Positions 46,913 through 56,550 of a stretch of 64,000 bases of DNA are shown piece after piece. The position numbers and the translations under genes were made by a program. Origin of the DNA: Candidatus Micrarchaeota archaeon (GTDB lineage: Archaea > Micrarchaeota > Micrarchaeia > Anstonellales > Bilamarchaeaceae). The notes under the pieces were generated by a model that saw nothing but the letters and a program-made list of their open reading frames with translations, searched no databases and had not been told where the DNA came from. The stretch is taken from contig JAGVWJ010000014.1 in NCBI GenBank assembly GCA_018304385.1, forward strand, positions 1-64,000, in the 5' to 3' direction. Position 1 is the first letter of the stretch; each line of letters starts with the position of its first letter.

Positions 46913-46986
46913 GCCATGAGCAGTGGGCAGTGAGCCGTGGGCCAACTCGTTTGGTGGCTCACTGCTCATGGCCCAATGCCCAAGGC
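46913..46986. repeat. Two oppositely oriented heptamer arrays forming an imperfect long inverted repeat
   Basis: Plus: GCCATGA GCAGTGG GCAGTGA GCCGTGG GCCAACT; minus: GCCTTGG GCATTGG GCCATGA GCAGTGA GCCACCA. Confidence 0.8.
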
Positions 46987-47136
46987 AGAAATTATAATTT
47001 ATGTTCTTTTGTTATTTTAAATCTACGAATAAAAAGGGGAACTATATAAATATTTTCTTGAAAGAAATGATGCTCAAAAGATTTAGAGAGAATTTAAAGT
47101 GGGAGGTGAGGTGGAGCTTCGGCAAACCACCTCGCT

Positions 47137-47463
47137 TCAAAAAACTGAAAAAAAGTAAAGAATTAGAATAAAAAGGGACAAAAACAACTTTACCAACCAA
47201 AAATCAAATCTGTGTTTATTTTTCATATCGCAAAATTTTGGTGACCAAACTAAAAACGCTATACCTGCCAAAAGGATGCGGCTTATTAATTTGAAATTGA
47301 ACCCAAATACAAAAACTTCAAAAATAGACTCTATTACTAAAAAAAACAAAATTAATTGTATAAATAACGGAAGACGATTAGCTGAATGATAAAGCACATC
47401 ATTCGTATTATAAAACCAGGGCTTGCCTTTATCCCAATAGTCAAACATAATATTTGATCTCAA
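47137..47463 (-). CDS. Hypothetical small membrane protein
   Basis: 108 aa with about three hydrophobic segments. Confidence 0.5.
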   Translation of the reverse strand: MRSNIMFDYWDKGKPWFYNTNDVLYHSANRLPLFIQLILFFLVIESIFEVFVFGFNFKLISRILLAGIAFLVWSPKFCDMKNKHRFDFWLVKLFLSLFILILYFFSVF

Positions 47464-47578
47464 AGGTTAGATTTAAAAACATCTCGTTACTATATTCTGT
47501 TATCTATTTTTAGGTCGATAAGCATATATCACCTAGAAAATATTACTATTTAGAATATTTAATGGAGGAAAGATTAAT

Positions 47579-48856
47579 ATGGCAAAGAAAGAACACCTAA
47601 ACATAGTATTTATCGGACATGTTGACTCAGGTAAATCAACAACAGTTGGAAGAGTGCTATATGAAACTGGAGCTATTAGCGAGCAGGTTTTGAACAAATT
47701 AAAGGATGAAGCAGCCAAAGTAGGTAAGGCAACATTTGAATTCGCGTTCGTTATGGATGAGCTAAAAGAAGAACGTGAACGCGGCGTTACCATTGACATT
47801 TCGCACAGAGAATTCGAAACTGCTAAATATTATTTCACAATTATAGATGCACCTGGTCACAGAGACTTTGTTAAAAACATGATTACTGGTACATCACAGG
47901 CAGATGCTGCAGTACTTGTAGTTTCTGTTAAAGATGGCATCCAACCACAAACAAGAGAACACGCATTCTTAGCAAAGGTTCTTGGTCTTAATCAACTAAT
48001 TGTAAACTTAAACAAAATGGATGCAGTTGGGTATAAACAAGAAGAATATAACAAAGTAAAAGGAGAGGTTGAGAAACTCCTAACTGGCATTGGATACAAA
48101 ACTGCAGGAGTGCACTTTGTACCTTGTTCAGGATATGTAGGTGACAACGTAACAAAGAAATCTCCAAATATGGCGTGGTATACTGGCCCTTCATTAATAG
48201 AAGTTTTAGATTCATTAATTGCTCCACCAAAACCAACTGATAAACCATTGAGGCTTCCAATTCAGGATGTTTTAACAGTAACTGGACATGGTACTGTCCC
48301 AGTAGGTAGAATAGAAACAGGTAAATTAAAACCAGGTGATCAATTAGTGTTTATGCCATCTGGTGCAAAAGGAGAAGTAAAGAAAATTGAAATGCATCAC
48401 AAGGAATTACCTGAAGGATTACCTGGCGACAATGTTGGATTTAACGTTAAGGGTGTTGAAAAGAAAGACATTAAAAGAGGAGATGTTGCAGGCCCAGTTA
48501 GCGCACCACCAACAGTTGCTGCAGAGTTTACTGCGCAGATAGTAGTTCTAAACCATCCAACAGCAATTGCAGCTGGCTACACACCTGTGTTTCACATTTG
48601 TACAGCGCAGTTCGCTGGGCAAATTGTCGAGATTGTTGAAAAGAAAGACCCAAAAACTGGCCAAACACTACAACAAAAACCAGACTTTATTAAAACAGGT
48701 GATGTTGCGATAGTAAAAATAAAACCAATGAAGCCTGTTGTTGTGGAAAAATTCCAAGAATACGCACCATTAGGCAGATTGGCTATCCGTGATATGGGTC
48801 AGACCGTTGCAGCAGGCGTAGTACTAAGCATAGTACCAAAAGCTGCAGAGAAATAA
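47579..48856 (+). CDS. tuf: Translation elongation factor EF-1alpha
   Basis: [46 protein letters not shown]. Confidence 0.98.
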   Translation: MAKKEHLNIVFIGHVDSGKSTTVGRVLYETGAISEQVLNKLKDEAAKVGKATFEFAFVMDELKEERERGVTIDISHREFETAKYYFTIIDAPGHRDFVKNMITGTSQADAAVLVVSVKDGIQPQTREHAFLAKVLGLNQLIVNLNKMDAVGYKQEEYNKVKGEVEKLLTGIGYKTAGVHFVPCSGYVGDNVTKKSPNMAWYTGPSLIEVLDSLIAPPKPTDKPLRLPIQDVLTVTGHGTVPVGRIETGKLKPGDQLVFMPSGAKGEVKKIEMHHKELPEGLPGDNVGFNVKGVEKKDIKRGDVAGPVSAPPTVAAEFTAQIVVLNHPTAIAAGYTPVFHICTAQFAGQIVEIVEKKDPKTGQTLQQKPDFIKTGDVAIVKIKPMKPVVVEKFQEYAPLGRLAIRDMGQTVAAGVVLSIVPKAAEK

Positions 48857-48924
48857 TCTTCTAATTTTTAAATTTTCTTTTTCTCTTTTATTTATTTTCT
48901 TTAATTAGCTAATAGTGTAGTTTT

Positions 48925-50235
48925 TTATTCCCCATCAGTTCCTGTTGGTCGGGAATCAATAAAATCAGCTCTAAGAGATTCAGCTGCTGGATCAATAATT
49001 TGTGCTCGTCTTTTTGCAGCTAGTTCTTCTTGCAATTTTCTTAATCTATCTAAAAACTTATCTATTCTCCTTCTTGTTTGCCTACGAGTATCTCCTGACA
49101 ACCCAGTAACTGCATATATTGAATCTTTGGCATCAAGATCAAAATAACCTCTGAACAAACTTCTTCCGCTCCTAAACTCTAAATTAAGATCCGCACAAAG
49201 TGCCCTCAGTCTTTCCAAATTATGCCCATTTCCTATCCTAGGTAAACCTATTTCTAAAAGATCATGCGCATAGACTCTGGCTAAATCTATATAAACAGTT
49301 ATTACTGCATTGGTTGGATGTTGAATAGGGATTTCTTCACTTACCATTTTAAAATCTAATTGATCGCGTGGTCTACATACTACGACCTTTTTTTCTTGTT
49401 GTGCTGCAATCTCATCCCTAAGGTCTGGAACAGTCATACCATGCATAGCTAAGAAATGGGCCATTAGCTCATAGAGGTCCCAGTCTATTCTTGCTGCTAT
49501 TTTTATTAGTTCTATGTCTTCTGCTAATTTTCTTGCCCTGCTAGCAGGTGATAAATGCTCAATATCAGATAGATTATCAATAGCATCAGCTAATTTTATT
49601 GGAAATGTAGAAATACCATCTGCACTTAAAAGACCGTCAAAATAGACTCTTCGCATTTCTCTGTAAACCTCAGGAGGATAAGATTCATCTTTGCTTCTAT
49701 AAAAATCAGGAGCAAAATTAAATACGCTATGCGTAGCAGGTATCCAAATATGCGTGGTTTCTCCTTCTGTTGGATTAGGCCTTGGTCTAACGCACCTCGG
49801 CGTTGTTAGAAGTGCGACACCTCTTGATATCTGCTCTCCAAATTCTAATCTAAGTGAAGCATAATTTACAGCTAGTCTCCTCTTTGGACCATCTTCAATT
49901 ACATCATGCATTAGCGCTCGTGCACCAGAGATATAAGAACCGTTTAAAATCACCAAAACGTAAAATGCTACGCCTAACGGATGAAAAATAACATCTCGGT
50001 CCCCACCTTTTCTTTTTTGACCATCAAAAATCTGCGAGGCTGTATCAAAAGCCTTTCTTAATGATGCTTCGCCTCCATTCCCGTTACGAACATTTGGTGC
50101 TTGTGCTAAAATCATTTCAAAAGTAGCGCGCGGATCATGAAGAGGCTCGAATAATTTGAAAGTACTATGTCTGGATGAGGTCCCGTTACCTCCTGCTGTT
50201 CTAACTGTGGCCCTAGCCAAGTGTCCTTCAACCAT
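48925..50235 (-). CDS. RelA/SpoT-type HD hydrolase (Mesh1-like) with N- and C-terminal extensions
   Basis: HPLGVA, ALMHDVIED, IKLADAIDNL; no synthetase motifs seen. Confidence 0.75.
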   Translation of the reverse strand: MVEGHLARATVRTAGGNGTSSRHSTFKLFEPLHDPRATFEMILAQAPNVRNGNGGEASLRKAFDTASQIFDGQKRKGGDRDVIFHPLGVAFYVLVILNGSYISGARALMHDVIEDGPKRRLAVNYASLRLEFGEQISRGVALLTTPRCVRPRPNPTEGETTHIWIPATHSVFNFAPDFYRSKDESYPPEVYREMRRVYFDGLLSADGISTFPIKLADAIDNLSDIEHLSPASRARKLAEDIELIKIAARIDWDLYELMAHFLAMHGMTVPDLRDEIAAQQEKKVVVCRPRDQLDFKMVSEEIPIQHPTNAVITVYIDLARVYAHDLLEIGLPRIGNGHNLERLRALCADLNLEFRSGRSLFRGYFDLDAKDSIYAVTGLSGDTRRQTRRRIDKFLDRLRKLQEELAAKRRAQIIDPAAESLRADFIDSRPTGTDGE

Positions 50236-50506
50236 AACCCCACCATAAAGCGCATAAATTCTTAAAAATTAGGGTTATATGCGCCTAATAAATTTTAAAT
50301 AACGTTTTTTAAACCTAATGGTTTTAAACTTCGGCATTTGTCAAACGTCGAAAAATTTAACATATTAACACTTATCAACTGGCGCTAATGCCCTTTCTTA
50401 ATTTTTAATTAATAACATATACACTAATAATCCTTTTAAATACTCGCTTTTACGCTTTTTTTAACACAAAATAACAAATATAATTATTACCAACCCATTA
50501 TAGATC

Positions 50507-51814
50507 ATGGAAATTATTAACATCTCAGATATACTTTTGGAAAAACTAGAAGGTAAACAAATAACCATACGTGGATGGGTTTATCGCCATCGTCTTGGTG
50601 GTGGAGGTAGCATGGTATTTGCTGTTTTGCGCGATGCAACAGGCATAATGCAAGCTACAGTTAAGAAAGAAAAAACAGATGAACAAAGTTTTAAGCACGC
50701 GAGCGATGCTTATGTTGAAAGCTCGGTAATTGCTAGCGGAACAGTTAAAAAAGATGATCGAGCGCCTGGCGGCTATGAGATTGCTGTTGAAAAATTTGAA
50801 ACAGTGCACAGAGGCGAACCGTTTCCAGTTGCAAAAGATTTAAGCGAAGAATTCTTGCTTGATATTAGGCATCTTTGGATTCGCTCGCAAAAGCTAACAA
50901 GAATAATGAAAATAAGAAGCACGCTTATACAAGCGATTCATGAATTTTTTCAAAAAAGAGGATATACACTATTCGATCCACCTCTATTAACACCCAATGC
51001 GTGTGAAGGTAAAATGACTTTATTCGAAGTGAAATATTTTGATAGTAAAATGTATCTAAGCCAGAGCTGGCAACTGTATGCAGAAGCAGCAATATTTGCA
51101 CTAGGAAAAATTTATGATGTTGCACCAACTTTCAGGGCAGAGAAAAGTAAAACTGCAAAACATTTGGCAGAATTTTGGATGGCAGAAATGGAAGCTGCTT
51201 GGATGGAGCTTGATGAACTAGTGCAGATTGCAAAGGATGAAACAAAATTTCTTGTTGAACGAGTATTGGAAAAACATGAGGAAGATCTAAAGTTTCTTGG
51301 AAGGGACGTAGCGAAATTAAATAGCCAAATTTCAAAGCCGTTTCCAACGATCACTTATACTGAAGCACTTAAAATGTTAAAAGAAAAAGAAGGAATGGAT
51401 GTAAAATGGGGAGAAGATTTACACGCAACTGAAGAGGAAAAACTAATGAAACATTTTGATACTCCGATAGTAATAACGAATTATCCAATAGAGATTATGG
51501 CATTCTATAAACCTCACGATCCAAAAGATCCAAAAACTGCATTATGCTTTGATATGCTTGCACCAGAAGGATATGGTGAGATAGTTGGTGGGTCACAACG
51601 CAGCTTAGATGTTGAAGACATTGTAAAAAGAATAGAAAAAGAGGGCGGGAGTATAAAAGATTATGCCTGGTATCTTGATCTAAGAAAATATGGAAGCGTT
51701 CCACACAGCGGGTATGGTGTTGGTGTTGAACGCGTGCTGCGCTGGATATGCGGATTAGATAATATAAAGGATACCATCGCTTTTCCTAGGACTATGAGCA
51801 GGAGTTATCCTTAG
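50507..51814 (+). CDS. asnS: Asparagine-tRNA ligase
   Basis: OB-fold start, LSQS.QLY.E, FRAEKS.T..HL.EFW, GSVPH.G.G.G.ER. Confidence 0.88.
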   Translation: MEIINISDILLEKLEGKQITIRGWVYRHRLGGGGSMVFAVLRDATGIMQATVKKEKTDEQSFKHASDAYVESSVIASGTVKKDDRAPGGYEIAVEKFETVHRGEPFPVAKDLSEEFLLDIRHLWIRSQKLTRIMKIRSTLIQAIHEFFQKRGYTLFDPPLLTPNACEGKMTLFEVKYFDSKMYLSQSWQLYAEAAIFALGKIYDVAPTFRAEKSKTAKHLAEFWMAEMEAAWMELDELVQIAKDETKFLVERVLEKHEEDLKFLGRDVAKLNSQISKPFPTITYTEALKMLKEKEGMDVKWGEDLHATEEEKLMKHFDTPIVITNYPIEIMAFYKPHDPKDPKTALCFDMLAPEGYGEIVGGSQRSLDVEDIVKRIEKEGGSIKDYAWYLDLRKYGSVPHSGYGVGVERVLRWICGLDNIKDTIAFPRTMSRSYP

Positions 51815-51816
51815 TT

Positions 51817-52737
51817 TTAATTACCATAAAAATCAATCAGATTCTGGATTCCCTCTTCTAGACTAATTTTTGACCTAAACCCCAATTCCTTTTCTGCCTT
51901 TTTTGTGTCCGCCATAGTTCTTGCAACATAATTAGTTACTTTGTTTTCTATATATTTTGGTTTTATTGCCTTTGCGAGCTTTTTATTAATAATTCCAATC
52001 ATGTCATTAATACTTGTTTCCTTACCATTACCTACATTATAAATACCGAATTTTATGTTCGCTCTTGCTGCGAGTATATTCGCCTCGACAACATCAGTTA
52101 CATAAGTAAAATCTCTTGTTTGTTTGCCATCACCATATATAACTGGTTGCTCATTATTTTTCATGGCTAATAAAAATTGAGTTACTAGGTTAGCATACTG
52201 CTTCTTTGATAATTCATTCGGACCATAAACACTGAAATACCTAAGGGCTATTATCGATAGCCCATATAGTTTATTATAGAGTTCGGCCATCCTCTCCATA
52301 GCATACCTTGCTTCCGTATAGTGGTCTGTTACTTTTACTTGCATTGACTCCTTATGGGGTGGATCATGACCATTGTATAGGGATGAAGTAGATGCCCATA
52401 CAATTTTTATATCGTACCGCCTTGCGAATTCCAGCAATTTTAGAAAATCTTCGATACACCTTGCAGTAAGCAACGGATTTTCCTTGTACATTGGAGAAGA
52501 CGAATATATCCCTTGATGAAATAGAATGTCATAACTTTTTTCGAATTTTTCGCAATCTCCGCTTGAACACTTTATGATTTTTATACTATTTTTAAATTTT
52601 CTAAGATTGTCCTCGCTCCCAGTATGAAAATTATCAACAACAGTAATGTTATTTTTTTCTCTTGAAAGCCTTTCGACTAAGCTTGATCCAATAAAACCTG
52701 CGCCACCAGTTATCAATATATCCACAAAAATCACCAA
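51817..52737 (-). CDS. NAD-dependent epimerase/dehydratase (extended SDR)
   Basis: TGGAGFIGS, Y...R, LRYF.VYGP, GDG.QTRDF. Confidence 0.9.
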   Translation of the reverse strand: MVIFVDILITGGAGFIGSSLVERLSREKNNITVVDNFHTGSEDNLRKFKNSIKIIKCSSGDCEKFEKSYDILFHQGIYSSSPMYKENPLLTARCIEDFLKLLEFARRYDIKIVWASTSSLYNGHDPPHKESMQVKVTDHYTEARYAMERMAELYNKLYGLSIIALRYFSVYGPNELSKKQYANLVTQFLLAMKNNEQPVIYGDGKQTRDFTYVTDVVEANILAARANIKFGIYNVGNGKETSINDMIGIINKKLAKAIKPKYIENKVTNYVARTMADTKKAEKELGFRSKISLEEGIQNLIDFYGN

Positions 52738-52810
52738 TAATCAGATTATAATTAATGCATTAATATCTTCTATAGAGATAATTTTAAAAGGAACATTATT
52801 AAATCTTAAT

Positions 52811-53371
52811 ATGACCAAAATTCGTGCTATTAGAAAAACAGATTCTGCAAAAGCATTGAAATCTATCAGATTTCAAAATTTGACGCGATTTTCTCGCCCT
52901 CGCGTCAAAGCTTTTCTGGACTTTATCTGCGAGCTTATTGATGAAAACGTCTACATACAAATAAACAAAAAACCTACATTGAAATGGGAGAAAGCATGGC
53001 TAAAAGATTTGAAGAAAAAAATAAAAGATGGAGAAGCTGTCTGGTTAGGCGCTTGGGAAGGAAAAAAACTGATTGCAAGCACACAAGCTCGTAGAGGACT
53101 TTGGAATGAAAGAGATAATGCAAGTATAGGTCTTTCAGTGCTGAAAAGTTATCGTCGCAAAGGTCTGGGAGAAAAACTAATGAGAATGATAATAAGGATA
53201 GCAAAGAAGAGATTAAACCCAAAAAACATCTATTTAAGTGTTGCAACTCCAAATCTACCAGCGCTTTCACTATATAGAAAAGTCGGATTCAAGAAATTTG
53301 CAAGATTTCCTAACTGGGCTAAGAAGAACAATAAATATTTTGATGTTTTGTATATGCTATTAAAGAAGTGA
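52811..53371 (+). CDS. GNAT-family N-acetyltransferase
   Basis: YRRKGLGEKL acetyl-CoA motif, N.PAL.LY.K.GF; start at 52811. Confidence 0.85.
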   Translation: MTKIRAIRKTDSAKALKSIRFQNLTRFSRPRVKAFLDFICELIDENVYIQINKKPTLKWEKAWLKDLKKKIKDGEAVWLGAWEGKKLIASTQARRGLWNERDNASIGLSVLKSYRRKGLGEKLMRMIIRIAKKRLNPKNIYLSVATPNLPALSLYRKVGFKKFARFPNWAKKNNKYFDVLYMLLKK

Positions 53372-53375
53372 AAAA

Positions 53376-53909
53376 ATGAAAGAAACAATCAAAAAACTTT
53401 ATCTAATGCAAGTTCGCGAAAACGGTATTAGCAGCGAAAGCTATGAAAAGTTAAATGAAGATGAAAAAGCGCTTTTGGAAAAAGAGGCCAACGGCTACCA
53501 GCTAACAGCCAAAGGTAGACAACAAATAAAAGTAGTAATGACAGGTGGGGCATTTGATATTCTGCATATGGGGCATGTTTACACGCTTAATGAAGCAAAA
53601 AAGCACGGTGATATTTTAGTTGTAAGTGTTGCTACGGATGAATTAATAAAAAAGAAAAAGGGCAAACTCGTGCACGCACAAGAGTATAGAGCAAAAATGG
53701 TCGAATTCTTAAAACCAGTTGATCTTGCTTTGCTTGGAATAGAATCACCAGAAAAAACATTAGAACGAGTGAAACCAGATGTAATTGTTTATGGTTATGA
53801 CCAGAAATCATTTTTACAGCCAGAAGGTGTAAAGATTGTGCAATTAAAAGAAAATCTGGACGAGCATCAGCTTAAAACTAGTAAAATAATAAGGGAACTA
53901 GGATTATAA
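53376..53909 (+). CDS. Cytidylyltransferase-family protein (archaeal FAD synthase RibL-like)
   Basis: GGAFDILHMGH (HIGH-like), L.V.VA.D, PD.IV.GYDQ. Confidence 0.8.
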   Translation: MKETIKKLYLMQVRENGISSESYEKLNEDEKALLEKEANGYQLTAKGRQQIKVVMTGGAFDILHMGHVYTLNEAKKHGDILVVSVATDELIKKKKGKLVHAQEYRAKMVEFLKPVDLALLGIESPEKTLERVKPDVIVYGYDQKSFLQPEGVKIVQLKENLDEHQLKTSKIIRELGL

Positions 53910-54311
53910 ATTGCTCTTTATTCTCTCTGCAGTCATCTTAAAATCAGTCTCTTTATATTTTTCATGCGGGAACATCCTTACGCCATCATTTTCGTATCTT
54001 GGAATAATGTGCATATGATAATGAAAAACCTCTTGCCCTGCTGCCTTTTTGTTTGAATTTAACAAGTTCACGCCGCTTGCATTTAAACCATGAAAAACAG
54101 CACTAGCAACTTTTTTTGCAGTTGCCATAACTGCCTTGGCATCTTCTTCTTTCATATCAAAAATATCAGTACAATGCTGCTTTGGAATAACCAACGTATG
54201 CCCTTTTGTTACTGGGTTTATATCTAAAAAAGCAAGCGTATGCTCGTCTTCATAAACTTTAGACGAAGGAATCTCGCTTTTTATGATTTTACAAAAAATG
54301 CAGTCTGTCAT
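53904..54311 (-). CDS. HIT-family hydrolase
   Basis: DCIFCKI, AFLDINP...GH.LVIPK, HYHMHIIPR. Confidence 0.93.
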   Translation of the reverse strand: MTDCIFCKIIKSEIPSSKVYEDEHTLAFLDINPVTKGHTLVIPKQHCTDIFDMKEEDAKAVMATAKKVASAVFHGLNASGVNLLNSNKKAAGQEVFHYHMHIIPRYENDGVRMFPHEKYKETDFKMTAERIKSNL

Positions 54312-54370
54312 AGCTTTTTTCTAAGGAGAAAGGCTTTTAAATGCTAAATTAATATTAATTTCGTGATCCC

Positions 54371-54712
54371 ATGGTACTCGCTTGGTTTTTAGGTTTGATG
54401 AAATTTAAAGAAAAGGATGAAGAAGAAAAAGAAGAAGTTAAAGTTACTCAGGAAAAATCAGAATCCTTTGATAAGTTTGTAAAAACTACGGAATCGAAAA
54501 AATTTGTTTCAGAATGGCAGGAAAAAAAGAAATTTACCAGAAGAGGCATTGAAAAATTACTTAAAGTACTATTTCTCCAGCATGATTCTAATAAAAAAGT
54601 ACTAAAGGCTGCTAGTGATATTTTATCATCATTAACAGGAGAAGATGGCTTGTTAAAAGTACTAACTGGATTCAAACTTGTGCCAGAGGGATTGAGAAAA
54701 CTGCTTGGTTAG
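54371..54712 (+). CDS. Hypothetical protein
   Basis: 113-aa ORF abutting arsC. Confidence 0.55.
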   Translation: MVLAWFLGLMKFKEKDEEEKEEVKVTQEKSESFDKFVKTTESKKFVSEWQEKKKFTRRGIEKLLKVLFLQHDSNKKVLKAASDILSSLTGEDGLLKVLTGFKLVPEGLRKLLG

Positions 54713-55111
54713 ATGAAACACATTTTATTTGTGTGCACTGAGAACTCCGCAAGAAGTCAGATGGCAGAAGGCTTCTTTAACTTTTATAATAAGAATCCAG
54801 AATACCTCGCAATTAGCGCTGGGATTAAACCTACTATTTCTGTAAAGTCCTCTGCTATAGAAGTTATGAAAGAAAAAGGAATTGATTTATCGAAACAAAG
54901 ACCAAAAATGCTTACTCTAGAGATGGCTAAAAAAGCGCATAAGATTTACACTATGGGTTGTATTGAAAGCTGCCCACTAACCCCACCTGAAAAAACAGAA
55001 GATTGGAAACTAGAGAATCCTGCTGGCGGATCAATTGGTAAATTCAGAGAAGTAAGAGACGAAATAGAAAGAAGAATAAAAAAATTAATTTCTGAACTTA
55101 GACTTAGATAA
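54713..55111 (+). CDS. Arsenate reductase/low-molecular-weight phosphatase family protein
   Basis: LFVCTENSARSQMAE (CX5R-like) and SAG motif. Confidence 0.88.
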   Translation: MKHILFVCTENSARSQMAEGFFNFYNKNPEYLAISAGIKPTISVKSSAIEVMKEKGIDLSKQRPKMLTLEMAKKAHKIYTMGCIESCPLTPPEKTEDWKLENPAGGSIGKFREVRDEIERRIKKLISELRLR

Positions 55112-55255
55112 AATTATATGCTTTTTTATTTTTTCAAATCTGTTTCTGGAATCTCTACTATTATTGCATGGTCTGAGATAAACAAAAGGTAACGTAGTTT
55201 TCTATTTCGATAAGGTTTAAAAACAAGACAAAGCATAATAAAATTAGGTGAAACT

Positions 55256-55453
55256 ATGGGCGAATACGAAACTGTAACTCTAAATGATATCTATAAAGAA
55301 TTAAAGTACATTCATAAAAAGGTAGACGAACTAGAGCATATAATGATTCCAATAGAAAAAATGACTGAAGAAGACAAAAATGATCTTGATGAAGCCGTTA
55401 AAGAATACAAGGCAGGGAAAACAGTTAAATTTAGAGATATAAAGAAGGATTAA
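55256..55453 (+). CDS. Putative antitoxin
   Basis: 65 aa upstream of RelE-like gene; EA..EYK.GK.V.F tail; GGTGA RBS. Confidence 0.65.
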   Translation: MGEYETVTLNDIYKELKYIHKKVDELEHIMIPIEKMTEEDKNDLDEAVKEYKAGKTVKFRDIKKD

Positions 55454-55454
55454 A

Positions 55455-55721
55455 ATGTACGTCGTAAGATTAACCCGAAAAGCTCAGAAAGGTTATGATT
55501 CTCTTTTTCCTGTTGATTACAGAAAAAAAGTTAATGAATTGCTAATTGTTCTTGAAACTAATATTCGACCGGCAAAACTTTATGACATGATCCAATTAGC
55601 CGGGAATACATACAGGGTAAGATTAGGTAGAATTAGGGTGCAATATAATATTTTCGAAGAAGATAAGGTGGTTTTAGTATACAAAATAGGTTTGCGTGAT
55701 GATTCTACCTATAAACCATGA
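55455..55721 (+). CDS. RelE/ParE-family toxin
   Basis: MY.V.LT.KA.K, YRVRLG.IRV.Y, V..IG.R..TY. Confidence 0.85.
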   Translation: MYVVRLTRKAQKGYDSLFPVDYRKKVNELLIVLETNIRPAKLYDMIQLAGNTYRVRLGRIRVQYNIFEEDKVVLVYKIGLRDDSTYKP

Positions 55722-56548
55722 TTGCTGATTCTATGAATGACACAAAATGGAGAATAATCCCACTAGAAGAGCACGACGCATTTACAAACATGGCTTTAGA
55801 CGAAGCAGCTAGCGAAGCATTGTCGCGAGGGCAAAAAAATCGCGACAATATTCGTCATGATGAACATGACGAAGCTATTGCCTCTGACAGCGAAGCACCA
55901 ACGATCAGATTCTATAAATGGAAACCAAGCGCAGTTAGCATTGGCTGCTTTCAAAGCATGGAAGATGAGATAGACCTAGATGTTTGTAAAAAACTTAATG
56001 TTGATACTGTGCGACGCAGAACTGGCGGCGGAGCAGTTTACCACGATAATTTTGGCGAGATCACGTATAGCGTTATTGCTCCAGAAAGTATGTTTCCAAA
56101 AAATATTATTGAAAGCTATAAGATTATTTGTGGTTGGATAATTGATAGCTTAGCACTCATTGGGTTACAAGCTAGCTTTATTCCAATAAATGATATCATT
56201 GTCAATAACAAAAAAATATCTGGAAATGCACAAACTAGACGAAATCGTATTTTACTTCAGCACGGTACAATCCTTTATGATGTAGATGTTAAGAAGATGT
56301 TCTCTTTGCTACGAGTGCCGGATGAAAAAATAAGGGACAAGATGATTGCTACAGTTGAAGAACGAGTAACTAGCATAACTAAACAGAATAATGCAATTAC
56401 TAAGGACCATTTGTACGAAGCATTAGTGAAAGGATTTACAAATAACAAACAATGGCAATTCGGAAAATGGAGCGATAGCGAAATGCAACGGGCGCAAGAA
56501 CTTGCTAAAATAAGATACTCAACTAAGGATTGGAACTTTAGTAGATGA
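55718..56548 (+). CDS. Lipoate-protein ligase A family protein
   Basis: NMALDEA, PTIRFY.W, RRRTGGGAVYHD, NDI....KKISGNAQ, LQHGT. Confidence 0.9.
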   Translation: MIADSMNDTKWRIIPLEEHDAFTNMALDEAASEALSRGQKNRDNIRHDEHDEAIASDSEAPTIRFYKWKPSAVSIGCFQSMEDEIDLDVCKKLNVDTVRRRTGGGAVYHDNFGEITYSVIAPESMFPKNIIESYKIICGWIIDSLALIGLQASFIPINDIIVNNKKISGNAQTRRNRILLQHGTILYDVDVKKMFSLLRVPDEKIRDKMIATVEERVTSITKQNNAITKDHLYEALVKGFTNNKQWQFGKWSDSEMQRAQELAKIRYSTKDWNFSR

Positions 56549-56550
56549 AA

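Noticed and set aside
4352-46986. CRISPR array
   Set aside because: The repeats are 7-mers without spacers, the leader copies are dispersed rather than regularly spaced, and no cas genes are present.
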